64,000 nt of DNA from positions 47,430,001 to 47,494,000 of the forward strand of contig NC_042999.1 of assembly GCF_006345805.1 (NCBI RefSeq). The letters run 5' to 3'. Source of the stretch: Octopus sinensis (taxonomy: Eukaryota). The position numbers were made by a program, and so were the translations under genes. This document shows, in pieces, positions 27,276-39,331 of the stretch; position 1 is the first letter of the stretch, and the number at the start of each line of letters is the position of its first letter. A model generated the notes under the pieces. It had not been told where the DNA came from. It saw only the letters and a list, made by a program, of their open reading frames with translations, and made no database searches.

Positions 27276-27502
27276 TAGTGGTTCTCAACTGGGGTCGATA
27301 TATTTCCTGGAGGCCTCTGTAAGATTTTTGTTGGTCCATGCAACATAGTTCAAACTTCACAAGAGAATGTATGAAAAGCAAAATAGAAATTTTGAAAGAA
27401 GTTTCTATAAAATTAGTTTTAAACTTCGAATGACTATGAGGTCCACCAGGATAAAATTGTAACCAAAGGGATCTATAGATAGAAAATTATTGTGAACCCC
27501 GG
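27276..27502. mobile_element. Possible hAT-type MITE remnant
   Basis: Left end TAGTGGTTCTCAAC resembles hAT MITE termini (CAGTGGTTCTCAAC); the right end is only degenerate (TTGTGAACCCC). Confidence 0.35.
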
Positions 27503-28743
27503 ATGTAAATAGTTAATTCTAAGACAACCTGTATATCGGGAACATGAGGGAAGGTTAAAATTGGTATGAAACAGTTATAACTGGTTTGGAATGGTAGCTG
27601 AAGGCATCTATTTTCTGAAGCATAACCTATAATCTATATTGTTAATGTGATATTTGTAAGATCGCTCCAGGCATGTCATACGTTGCCATATCAGCCAAAG
27701 TAGACTTTGCATTTAATATCTACATTAAAATGAATGGAAGTGGAGATTTCATGAGGTTAAAATATATAGTTCTGAACAAATATTTTTTCCAAAGCAATTA
27801 ATAATTTTTATATATAGATTGCGGATAATTGGGAAAAGATGTTTTGTAGATATTAGTTTTTATTAGATGGAAAGATAAGAGTGAAGACACGCAAGTATTC
27901 ACATATTCATACAGATTCACGCGCACACACCCGCCATTAAGTGTATCGAACTGCAGAAATAGTTAAATGAGATTTATATATTATCAAAAAAAAAAACGGG
28001 GAGAATCATAATTTATCAAATATAGAATGTATAATATAATAAATTTTTAACATAATAAAATATGGAGAATATAAATGGTTATAGTGAGATAAATAGGTTT
28101 ACATGAAAAATCTGCACTGGTGTGGCTTATGGATAAAAATAAGTGGGCATATTCCGCAGTTTGATATGTATCGTGTATTGATTATACAGTATGGTGTATT
28201 GTATCACATAGTCAGAGGATGACGATGTACTAAATTCACGGATGCATTTGATACTTTTACAGACGGATGAGGACAAAAATAAAAGTAAGGTAACTCTATA
28301 TTAGAAGTAAAGTTTACCGATATGATGTGATTTTTAAACAATTTAAGGATCTTATTTTTGTTATCGAAGTGTATATCCTTCTGAATATTGGTTAGCTATG
28401 GGAGTTTTATGGTAAAGGATTTCAAGATAGTTTAGAAAGCACATATAGTGTTTTTATATTCAATACATAATTTTGTAAAAATCGGATATTATTTTACTAA
28501 AATTCCAAAGAGAACTCGTGAAGGTGATGCTTTTAAGTTCAACTTAGTTTCAGAATGTATGTATGTAATTGTTCAAAAGCGTTTCGAATAGTTTAGAAGT
28601 GAAGCTTTAGAAAAAAATTTAGTATGTATAATGTTCATTTATTCCATGTTGTTTACTAAATAGTTGGTACTTCGAAATTCAGAGACTAGGCTCGCAACAG
28701 TTACAGTTATTGAGTTATTGGTTCTCAATTTAGTTATAATTTA

Positions 28744-28880
28744 GTTTAATATGAATAAGATTGATGAGGTGAGAGAATATGCAGTGTGTCTATTGTTAAG
28801 TAAAATATTTTCATTATGTTCTTATTGACGATTTTGTCGCCATAAATTTAACATATCTTACAAAACACAATACTTAGTTC
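28744..28880 (+). repeat. Presumed donor of the 137-bp inverted insertion at 24450-24586
   Basis: 136/137 identity in inverted orientation; no element boundaries at this site. Confidence 0.9.
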
Positions 28881-29470
28881 CACTAGCATGGCTCTCGGCA
28901 AAAGTCTGTACCCTATCCTAGGTTGACGTTGACTCAGGGGCAAAATTAACACGTGCTAAATTTATGTTGAATATGAAATTCAGAATACACTAAAGAAAAA
29001 TAAACAAAAGAAGCCTAACTGAAATATCGACATCAAAACGGGTTCTGATTAGATAAAGTAAACGATGAAAAAAAATCTATACTTCATTAGTAATAATTTT
29101 GGTAGGAAGTCTCTAGAAGGCTGTTAAATTGTGCAACAGATCATTAAAGATAAAGTCTGCGAAGCATTACTTGATTATGAAAAGAAAGATAAATCCTAAA
29201 TTCTAAAATATGAATATGGTACAGAAAAAAGAGAAAGCACAAAGGCGCATAGACACAAGTGAAGTAATGTTTTACCAACATGCAGTGTTTTAAGAAATAA
29301 ACTCCTGTAAAGTAGCACAGACGATGTTGCTGGCCTTCGCACCCGTCCTGTCTAAGATGGAATCAAAATAAAAACAACACGAAATATCACGTTGAGTTGC
29401 ACAAAAGATAAACTCATTTCTAAAAATATCATGAAGCGAAAATTATAGCTAGCAGAAAAGATCTTTACTC

Positions 29471-30657
29471 CCAAATTGCAGCGCTCAAAAGTTATGGGTC
29501 ACTTAGAAAGACTGAACTACTAACCGAGGTATTTGATTAGAAGACAATTAATGGGCTAACAGTTACTGTTTATTATCTTACATTACTGGAACATTCAGCT
29601 GGTCAGCATGGCGGCTTGTGAGAGACGACCGGGTCCTGTGAGGAAAACAAAAGAATTGCATGCCTACACTAAGAGGGCAAGTCAAATTCTGTGATAACAA
29701 CAACACTAAGAAGGTCTAGAAGTGCTGTGCAACGAACTGTAACTCATTTTAAGTCATCCAGATCGACAGATTCTAAACCTCAAACCGGTAGACCTCGTAA
29801 AATTTCACCAAAACAGGATCGTATTATGGCTAGAATGTCACTGAAGAATAGGTTTAAGAGTGCTTCTGAGATATCCCGCGGGTTTAGCTCCACTTCCGAT
29901 GTCAACGTATCATGCAAAACAGTTTCTCGGAGGTTACGAGGTTCTGAAATGCTTGCTCGGGTACCGGCAAAGAAACCTCTGATCTCCAAGAAGAATCAAA
30001 GAGCCCATCTTCGCTTCGCTCACGAATATGTCGTTTGGACAGAAGAACAGTGGTCGCATGTTTATTTTAGCGAGGAATCAATGTTTAATGTGATTGGTTC
30101 CGAAGAACAAGTGGCGAAACTTTATCTCGTGCATGTGTGAAGACAGTAAACATGAAGGAGGCAGTGTAATGGTATGTGGATTGATCTCTGCTGCTGTTTT
30201 TGATCCACTTATTCGCCTACATGTGATTGTCAATGCTGAAATCTTCGAGGAGATTCTTAGACAGCAGGCTCTTCCACATCTCGTTCCTCGTCAGTTCAAC
30301 CTCCTATTTTCGTGCAGGAAAACGCACCCTGTAACACTGCGAAGAGAGTCCAAATATTTTTGAGTGATTTCATGGACTGGCCACTGCAAAGACTATAGAT
30401 GATTATTGGAGATGGGGCCCGAAGGAGATATCCAAAGAACCAAGATGAACTCTGGGAAATATTGAAAAATGAATGAAACCATATTACTCCACCATTTTGC
30501 AAGAAATTGATTCAGTCCTGTGGTAACAGATGTCAGGAGGACATTTCTAGCAAAGGAATGTTCACAAACTATTAATAGTAAGGGTTTCGTTTTTGTTCTT
30601 GTTTAATTTTTCCTTGTTTGTCTAAATAACCCTTAACTTTTGGCCGCTGCAGTTTGG
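29471..30657 (+). mobile_element. Degenerate Tc1-family DNA transposon
   Basis: Transposase GRPRK..., KKPLISKKNQRAHLRFA, WTEEQW...FSEES (DE motif decayed), GGSVMVCG; imperfect TIRs CCAAATTGCAGCGCTCAAAAGTTATGGG and CCCTTAACTTTTGGCCGCTGCAGTTTGG; frameshifts and internal deletions. Confidence 0.9.
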
Positions 30658-31012
30658 AAGGTTATTTACTTATCTTCTTATGAGGAAATAAATATTTATT
30701 TATTCCATTCACTTGAAATTTTGACGAAAGATAGATATTAGATAAATCTAAATATTTGTAAGGTATCTAGTCTCAAAGTTTTGTTAATCTTCTATAATAA
30801 ATATTTCTATACACTTGTACTTACTGACCCCTGTATTATCGCTGCTACTGTAGAAATGATTAGTAAGGGTAAGATTATATGGCGTAATGTCATTGTTGTT
30901 GAATGGGCTTTTTCCAAAAATAACCTGTTACCTTATATTCACATTCAGTTCAGTTTAGGTAGAATTCTACCTTCCACACCTTCAATGATTAAAGATGCAT
31001 AGTAATATTAAT

Positions 31013-31402
31013 TTTCTACTAAAGGTGCAAGTCCCGAAATTTTGGCAGAGGGAGGGGCAGTTGATTATATCGTCTCCACTACCCAACTGGTACTTAATTT
31101 ATCGACCTTGAAAGGATGAAAGGCAAAGTCGACCTCGGCGGAATTTGAAGTCAGAACGTAAATACTGACGAAATACCTATTTCTTTACTGTCCACAAAGG
31201 GGCTACACACAGAGAGGACAAACAAGGATAGACACACGGATTAAGTCGATTATATCGACCCAAGTGCGTAACTGGTACTTATTTAATCGATCTCGAAAGA
31301 TCAAAGCCAAAGTCGACCTCGGCGGAATTTGAACTCAGAACGTAGCGCAGGCGAAATATCGCTAAACATTTCACCCGGCATGCTAACGTTTCTACCTGCT
31401 CG
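31013..31402 (-). mobile_element. Dimeric Nin/Deu-like SINE
   Basis: Two tandem GGCAAAGTCGACCTCGGCGGAATTTGAA units; same layout as 24082-24635. Confidence 0.85.
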
Positions 31403-31721
31403 ATACATACATAGTAATATAGTCAGATACATACATAGTAATATTGTCAGAAAAACACCAATGATATCCTTCAGTTTCGCATCGCGTTAGAAATTGCTTT
31501 GAACATGAAATTTGTGTCGGATTTAGAGTCACGTTAAAGAAACATGCACGAGGGCTGACCAATAAGTATCCGGACTGTTGCCATAGTAACGAAACTAAAG
31601 CACGCTGAGTAAAACTGCTCCGCATATATTGACAATGAATTCTGCTGTACATGCTCCCTAAGATTTAATTTTCTACCTCATTTTGACTGTTTACAGGAGG
31701 AATGCTTGCGAGGAAGGTGTG

Positions 31722-31946
31722 CTTGCAGAATCGTTACAACATCGGGCGAAATGCGTAGCCGTATTTCGTCTGCCGTTACATTCTGAGTTCAAATTCCGCC
31801 GAGGTTGACTTTGCCTTTCATCCTTTCGGGGTCGATAAATTAAGTACCAGTTATGCACTGGGGGTCGATATAATCGACTTAATCCGATTGTCTGTCCTTG
31901 TTTGCGCCCTCTATGTTTAGCCCCTTATGGGTAGTAAAAAGAAATA
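31722..31946 (+). mobile_element. Monomeric Nin/Deu-like tRNA SINE inserted in the mariner
   Basis: B box GAGTTCAAATTCC; GCCTTTCATCCTTTCGGGGTCGATAAATTAAGTACCAG (Nin/Deu-like); 11-bp TSD AGGAAGGTGTG at 31711-31721 and 31947-31957. Confidence 0.9.
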
Positions 31947-32286
31947 AGGAAGGTGTGTAGTTTGTGATCGTTCCATTGAGTTGACAGAGAAAATTATCAT
32001 GACGACACCTGCTCACAAGCCAAAACACTATGCTGCAGAGAGTATGAAGAGGCGCGTATGAGCAGCACACAAGTGTACGAGTGGTTCAGACGTTTCCAAC
32101 TTGGCCGAAAAAATGTCGATATTGACGAACATTCTGGGAGACCTGTAACCAGCAAAACTGAGAAAATCTTCGAAATTTACTTGTCAAATCGTCAAATCAC
32201 CATCGGTGATTTACCAGAAATTATGCAGATTAGTTACAGTTCAGTTCATAATAAATGAAGATATGGGTATGAGACGTGTGTCATAC

Positions 32287-32571
32287 CCCCTCCTTCTCAA
32301 GCCATGCTTATAAGGGCCGGTTTACCGGTTTCCTTGGCGTATAGGTTCCCCACCTGGACGGGACGCCGGTCCGTCGCAGGTGAGCAGCAAGATGCAGGAG
32401 GAAAGAGTGAGAGAAAATTGTGGCGAAAGGGTCAGCAGAAGTAAGCCATTGTCTTCTGCCGGAGCCGCGTGGATCTTCGGTGTTTAGCTCATAAACACAC
32501 ACATCACCCGGTCTGAGATTCGAACCCGCGATCCGTTGACCGCGAGTCCGCTGCTCTAACCACTGGGCCAT
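32287..32571 (-). mobile_element. tRNA(Arg)-like-headed SINE, tail type B (V-domain-like), inserted in the mariner
   Basis: Minus head TGGCCCAGTGGTTAGAGCAGCGGACTCGCGG...GGGTTCGAATCTC; CCTGCGACGGACCGGCGTCCCGTCCAGG (V-like); 11-bp TSD GTGTGTCATAC at 32276-32286 and 32572-32582. Confidence 0.9.
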
Positions 32572-33339
32572 GTGTGTCATACACTCGAGTTTCAGCTGCA
32601 GAGATCTTGTTTGTGTGGGGAAAACAATCAAGAAGTGTTTTGAAAATGCTTTGAAAACTTTGCGTAGGCTTCTGAGCAAGTATTGTCAAAATTTTGGCAA
32701 ATTTGATGCAGAATCTCTGCCCAACTTTCTGTCATAGTCAATACGACAATCACACGCTACACACGTTCCTCCCAGGCACTGCTGTAAGCAGTGCAAGAAA
32801 GCTAGAACATTCAAACTAGGTACACAGCAGATGTAAAGGTTAATCTGTGCCAAGCGGCTTTACTCTGCGTGCTTTAGCATCGTTGCTATGGTAACTGTCC
32901 AGATACTTATTGATCAGGCCACGTACGTAAGTTAAGTTTATATACAGATGAAAGGTACTTTAACGATCGACGCAATTGCTGGATACGTCTCAGAATTTCT
33001 TATGCTGGTAGTAAACTAGATAAAAAAACTGATCTAGCTATATTATTAATGTATAGTATTAATACAAAGGACACATTAACATAAGCTATTCTCACAGTTT
33101 ATTAAATGATTCCTCACACTTATGACTATGTGGTTTATATATTATATTATACATGTATATTATATCGAACATATCACATGCTCACTTAGAAGGATACTAT
33201 AAAACTCAGTATTAATTATATATCTTCATGCATTTATTTTTATATTCTGTTCTTCCGGCTTCATCACTTAGTCGTTATGTCGATCCTGGGTAGGTTCAGT
33301 TTGCTTGATAATGACAATTCTGGACAAGGTTGCAATATA

Positions 33340-33513
33340 CAGGAATGGCCAAAAGTCATCTGATAGTAAATCAAAACCATTTAATATCAAGATTCATTTA
33401 TGTTTGACAACTGAATGAATTTAATAAGCATCATGAAAATTGTTCAAAGTGGAATCCTGAGATAATATTTATGGAATTTTGATTTACGGTCTGGCAAATT
33501 TTGGCCAACCCTG
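33340..33513. mobile_element. 174-bp Tc1/mariner-type MITE
   Basis: TA followed by CAGGAATGGCCAAAA...GTAAATCAAAA, and TTTTGATTTAC...TTTTGGCCAACCCTG followed by TA. Confidence 0.8.
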
Positions 33514-33884
33514 TATATATCTCAACAACACCCACATGTAAACTATAAAGTTAAAAATCAAATATCCTGTATCAGATTCCACGAAACAACATATCATTGT
33601 CCACATGTAAATTATGTAGGAGATATATCGACTGGTGTCAGTGAAATATGATTATATAGCTGTTGCAACGGATGGTCTTACTGAAATAGTTAAGGAGCAT
33701 TTGCTTGGCTATATGACGAGAAAAAATTCTACCTCTATTTCTTACACCAACATGAGCAATAACAACGCTGTAATTCCACTTAATGACATAATTCAAAGCC
33801 AAGCATTTGAGAGTATGACCCAGGTCTCCCTTCTAAGTTCGAATAAGGAAACTCTATCAATGGGCCGGCAAAAATTATGATATG

Positions 33885-34055
33885 TACAGTGTCCTTCACA
33901 CACTTCCAGCTTATGAAAAATTTCTTTCCGAATCACAAGTTTTCAAATTTAATTCCACTGCAGGACAACTTGGGCAAATGTCTTATACTATAGTGTCGGG
34001 ACGGCCAAAACTTCTTGAATGAGTTTGGTAGAACGAAAATGAATTAAGCCCATCA
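33885..34055 (+). mobile_element. Degenerate 5' half of the bipartite SINE
   Basis: ACAACTTGGGCAAATGTCTTATACTATAG...GAGTTTGGTAGA...AAGCCCATC. Confidence 0.55.
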
Positions 34056-34339
34056 TATAAACATATATATATATTGAGAGTCATTGATGAGCAATAAGTT
34101 TCGTAAGCATTAAAATGCGAAATCATCTGATGCTGTATGGAGGTTGTCTCCCTCGTCTGTCATTAAGTTAGTGTTTTCCGTGGCTGTTTAGTAGTTTTGA
34201 CTCTTATTTCAATCAATACTTGAAAAACTAATGTTCTAAAATGATATCGTACGTAACAGGTTACCAATTCATATATACGTGTTCGACGAAAGATGAATAT
34301 AACAGTACATCTGATATTTATACATAGCGTGAAAAACAG

Positions 34340-35049
34340 CACCATGGCGCAACTCGCTCTGCTAGAATTTCGGAAACGACATGCTATACGAACATTTCAG
34401 AGTGTTTGGTTATAAAACTAAGGACAATAGAATCTGTGGACATGTACCGAGAGTGTTAAAAATCAAACATCCCGTCAACATCATGGTGTTTGGAGTGATC
34501 AGTAGTGATGTTGATGTTGTGCCTTCATTCATCTTTACACATGGCGTCAGACTCAATACGAGGGCATTCATTAAGTGCCTGGAGGAGGGAGTGCTGTCCT
34601 GGTTCAAAAGGGGGGTTGCTGGAAGACACTATGTCTCGCAACAAGACTCTGTACTATGCCACACAAGCAGGAGTTCCCAGTCATGGTTGTCAGACAATTA
34701 TTGCGACCATATCACCCTAACATCTGGCCACCTATCTCCCGAGACTACAACCCCATTGATTATCATATATGGGGTGCGTTTGAGCAAGAGTCCAACAAAA
34801 CTGCTTGTAACACTAAAGATGAACTGAATGCAAGGATTATAGCAGTATTCACTTAAACAAGACTGTTTTAAGAGATTCTGAAGTCGTATGGAGGCCGAGG
34901 TTAAAGCCAGTGGTGATTTTATTGAATAAATTCACTTTTTAGTATTTCATGAAATTATGGGATTTCGATAAACATATCTTTTAAAACGAGATGTCAATGT
35001 TATATTCATTTATGCGTATTTAAAACGACTGTTTATTCACCGCATCCTG
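34340..35049 (+). mobile_element. DD37D (maT-type) Tc1/mariner transposon, 3' remnant
   Basis: MVFGVISSD..., QQDSVLCH...WPPISRDYNPIDY; 37 residues between the 2nd and 3rd D after correcting one frameshift; right TIR ends CCGCATCCTG followed by TA. Confidence 0.85.
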
Positions 35050-35328
35050 TATATGCATATATATATGAGCGAGAGAGGTGGTGAGTAGATACACCCATGA
35101 AATGTTCAACTTATACCTGATGAGATATGAAAAAAAATTGGGATGATGATTAATGATATAAAACGAACAACTATAAATTAATGTTTGATGACACCTGTTA
35201 GCGAATTCTTTCACCACTCTTTTTCTACTGATCTCTTTCTCACGGTGCATAAAGTATAAAGATTTTTATACATACATGCATACATACAAACACACATGCA
35301 TACATACATACATACATACATACATACA

Positions 35329-35364
<36 letters not shown>

Positions 35365-35425
35365 TATATATTATATATATATGTACATGTATGTGTGTGT
35401 ATTAATATATGTATAGTCACATCTA

Positions 35426-35484
<59 letters not shown>

Positions 35485-36339
35485 CTATGTGTGTATATGC
35501 ATACACTTACATATTTATTTACACACATAGATTCATATATACGCTCGTGTGTCTGAGTGCGTACACATGCACGTGTTACTATGGTGCGTCCATCTGTTTA
35601 TTTGAGTCTATCTCAAAAAGGATTGTGCGATAGAACATTGATCAATATTGAGATAGATAGAAAGCTGGAAAGAGTAAGAGAGTGCGAGAAAGAGAAATAT
35701 TTGTTAAAATACAATATACAGCAGGGGAATAATGAAAGCGAATAGTCAGATATGCTAAGAGAAAATTTCAGTGCAGTATTTCTTAAAATAGCAAAGTTGA
35801 AGAAAAACACCTTGGCATATTGTACTGGATGATAGTGTCATACGAGTTAGAATTATCGAATGCTGTGTGAGGATTTCTGTTTGAATTTGTTCGTTATGGA
35901 CCTGTGTAAGTTAAATTTAGATGAAGTTCATCGATAAGTCAAACTGGCCTTATACTGGACTATTAGATAAAATCCCCGAAATAAATTATATATAAATCCT
36001 TGTTTGATAAGCAATTGTATAAAGAGATAGGTAGGTATGTGAATAATTGAATAGATGGACAGAGGGTTGGATACAGGGATTGTTTGACGGATGAAGGTGT
36101 ATATAAGGTGCCGTTCCTTGTGGCACTGATAAGAATATTGATGAGTAGATGAATTGTTGATGTACGTAATTTGACTATATCATACCTGTGCATACCATGT
36201 GATGTACACATTGGCACATACAAGCACACACACGCACTTCTATGCATGTATAAATATACTACCTATACACACACACATGCACACCCGTATATATATTTAT
36301 AGATCCGAATGTTTACATATACATGCACACATACAAACG

Positions 36340-36387
<48 letters not shown>

Positions 36388-36658
36388 TAGTATTCATATA
36401 TTATTCACATATGCATATGCATATTATTCCTAGTTTTGGATAACAGAAGATATAGGATCAGCTGATTATGATTTTACTCAAACATATTCCCCTTTCAAAT
36501 TCACACACTTACTGCAGCGGTCCTTTAGTTTTTCTAAGCACTGTAAAAGAAATCCGATCTGGCCTTTCACGATGGCTTTATGGCCTCCATCCCGTATACG
36601 TACGTACATACATACATACATACATACATACATACATACATACATACATTCATACATA

Positions 36659-37351
36659 GGACACTATAAGGAAATCCGTCGGAAGGATAACTCTGAGGAC
36701 AAAGAAATAAGAACCCACAGTATAGTAGGAACCATGACCACTCATAAAAGAAAGGAATAATGGTGGAATGCCACAGTGAAGACCGCAGTAAAATGTAAGC
36801 ACAATAGACCTGATATAATTATTTGGGATAGAGAAGAGAAACTGTGTACAGTTGTGGAAATTAGCTACTCAGCGGATGTTAACATAAAGCTGAAGATCAA
36901 TGAAACGAGAAAAACTACGCTGAAATATTGCGAAATTGGGGTTACTCTATCCTGAATAAAAGTTCTGATTCATACCTGTAATTGTTGTGGCCATGGGATA
37001 TGTAACACAGTACCTAACTACCAATTTTGAGAAATTAGGCTACTGAAAACCAGAAAGGAGAAAGCTAATTACAAGTTTACAGATCCAATCCATCACTGGA
37101 ACTGTAAAAATCTGTAAAACTTTCCATAAGTTTATAATTTAAATATATATGAACATGTCTAGATATGCAACTATATGCATGAGAATACATACATAAAGCA
37201 AAACATGCAAATCTGCACATATGCATACATACGCACAAAGAGAAATGCCCTGTTGTTGATGTCGAAATTCCAGTGAAGGAGCCTTGGATCTAGGTTAGAA
37301 AGCGGCTCTTTCTCTATTGTCAAGATATCTTAAAAGAAAACTGAACAATGA
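36659..37351 (+). mobile_element. 5'-truncated R4/Dong-like non-LTR retrotransposon (restriction-like endonuclease domain plus 3' UTR)
   Basis: WWNATVKTAVKCKHNRPDIIIWDREEKLCTVVEIS is a PD-(D/E)xK-type RLE motif; ...IQSITGTVKICKTF C-terminus; (CATA)n upstream and ACATACAT downstream. Confidence 0.75.
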
Positions 37352-38765
37352 CATACATGCGCGGGCGCGCACACAGACACACAAACACACTGACACACGA
37401 TTTTATTTAAACTGCAAAGTCTTCTCAAAAGTGTTAATCAGAGACTATGCTGCCACACTCGTGTTTATAACTGGCGTTCGAAAAATTCTCTTGTTTCCAT
37501 AGAGAAAACGTGGTTAGGCTCAAACATTTTTGTAGGTTCCACACTACATCCGTGCCTTAATATCATGCGGAAATATTTTGGGTGCCATACGTTGGGGCTA
37601 ACACGGTTGAGTGAACGTGTCTATAGGCTATCGTAAAAATCGGTGCTCTCTAAATTTAATCTGTGAAGTGATGCATTAGACAAGAATTGTTTGTATGGTG
37701 TCCTCTAGTTCAATGATAATCATGTGTATGTACGTAATCTTTTAGTTCTCTAAAAGACATAATCCTTTAGTTCTCCACTAAATTCATAATGACATACATA
37801 CGTATAAAATCTTGATTGTGCCACCAAATGTTTAGTTTGCTAACTATATAATTTCAAGAGTACATCGCATGTCGGACGGAAACGTCCCAACCGGTCACCG
37901 GCACACGAACACGAGGACGACATTGTCTTCTTTTCAAGGACGTCTGCAAGAGAGATATGAATTCATATTTTCTTTCTACGTAGATATCAATCTGCCTACC
38001 TATCTACTTACCTTTGTACCCATATACGTGCATACTGATGCATATATGTATGTATATATTCCATCCATTCATCCGTCCAATTTGGCCTCCCATTATTTCC
38101 TGAGATGTTCATAGGGATAGGGACAGCTTTTTATCAAAAGCAAGTGTCATTAGATTTTACGGTTGGATTCCCCAGTGTGGCCACCTAAGAAAATGGATAT
38201 TATGCAATCATCTCAGTTTTGCTTTACCCCTACATTTTTAACAGGTTATATTAACAGGAAGAATCTGATTTACGATTCTTTCTGGCAATATTCTGTTCAA
38301 GTGTCTGTAGTACCAGATGTATAGCCTCTCAATGCGTAGAAGTAGCGGCTTGAAGTGGAAGGATCACTGGCCTCCAAATAACGAACTCTTTCAAGTACCG
38401 TTACTCTAGAGACTTTTCGGAATCACTATTTCCGCCTACATGTAATAACGATCGTACATGTTTCGTCATCAGCCAACATTCATAACCATTTGTGAGCATA
38501 CACACGAAAATCGAATTCAGGAGAATGTTATCAAACATACTCTCTTTGTCCTGTTTTGAGAAATGAATACTAGACAAAATTCGCTATTGTGTCAGCTCAC
38601 ATGCAATTATGGCACTCGATTCAGTTTCCTGCCTTTCATCACTTGTGAATACGTTCCTGAGATACTTCAACGTCTCCTCTAGTCTTAGTTTTGTATATGT
38701 TTATATGCTTTTATGCCTGTATGAATGAATGTATGAACGTATATATGTATATATAATTATATATA

Positions 38766-38970
38766 GGAGAGTTCACGAAAAAAACAAAAGACGAAGACAG
38801 GTGGTGTAGAAAACAAACAGATGTATTAGCACAACGCTCAGGAATAGAAAAAAGTATTTTACGTTTCGAGCCTACGCTCTTCTACAGAAAGGAACACAGA
38901 AAAAAATAAAATCAAGGAGAGAAACAAGGAGAGAAAAAAATGTGTGTAGTGGCTACCGATCTATCATGAA
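38766..38970 (-). mobile_element. Solo pLTR-like element with a variant hammerhead-like fold (38857-38891)
   Basis: Minus CTTT-CTGTAGA-A-GAGC-GTAG-GCTC-GAAAC-GTA-AAAT; shares the downstream TTCCTGAGCGT motif and layout with 56404-56615; adjoins (TA)n. Confidence 0.55.
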
Positions 38971-38983
38971 CCGTATTTTTTAT

Positions 38984-39331
38984 TACAATAATATCAAGTG
39001 GCATAGCATGCATTAAAATCCCTAAAGGGAAAAAAATTATTAATTAATAATTAAGGGCGCCACAAGTAGCACTAGCCCTCTAAATGAACCGGTATGTCTG
39101 GCTTATCAATTTACGATTCTTTTCGTGATGAGTACGCGGACTTAGAATATTATGCTCATTCCCCCGATTTCAGTTAACGTATATCAGTTAAAATTTGTGG
39201 TTGTAGTCGTCTTTTAAAGTGTTGATGCTACTTGTACCACCCTAAATTATTAATTAATAAATATTTTTACCTTTATGCTATTACTGTTATTAATTTTTCT
39301 TATGCATGCTATGCAACGTGGTATTATTGTA
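38984..39331. mobile_element. MITE-like element with about 90-bp imperfect TIRs
   Basis: TACAATAAT...GCATAGCATGCAT...TTATTAATTAATAA...CAAGTAGCA mirrored at 39226-39331. Confidence 0.7.

Larger units (their letters stand above)
31549..32923 (+). mobile_element. Internally deleted mariner element with about 100-bp TIRs, carrying two nested SINEs
   Basis: TIRs CGAGGGCTGACCAATAAGTATCCGGACTGTTGCCATAG and CTATGGTAACTGTCCAGATACTTATTGATCAGGCCACG followed by TA; N-terminal transposase MSSTQVYEWFRRFQLGRKNVDIDEHSGRP. Confidence 0.9.

Noticed and set aside
32495-32571. tRNA gene (also about 17525-17590 and 25040-25090)
   Set aside because: A and B boxes are present but there is no proper acceptor stem, and the sequence continues into SINE bodies with TSDs; these are SINE heads.
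37272-37300. Similarity of the R4-like 3' UTR (GAGCCTTGGATCTAGGTTAGAAA) to the second Nin-SINE tail (..GCCCTGTGCCTAGAGTAGAAA)
   Set aside because: The match is short and imperfect; not distinguishable from chance without family consensus sequences.
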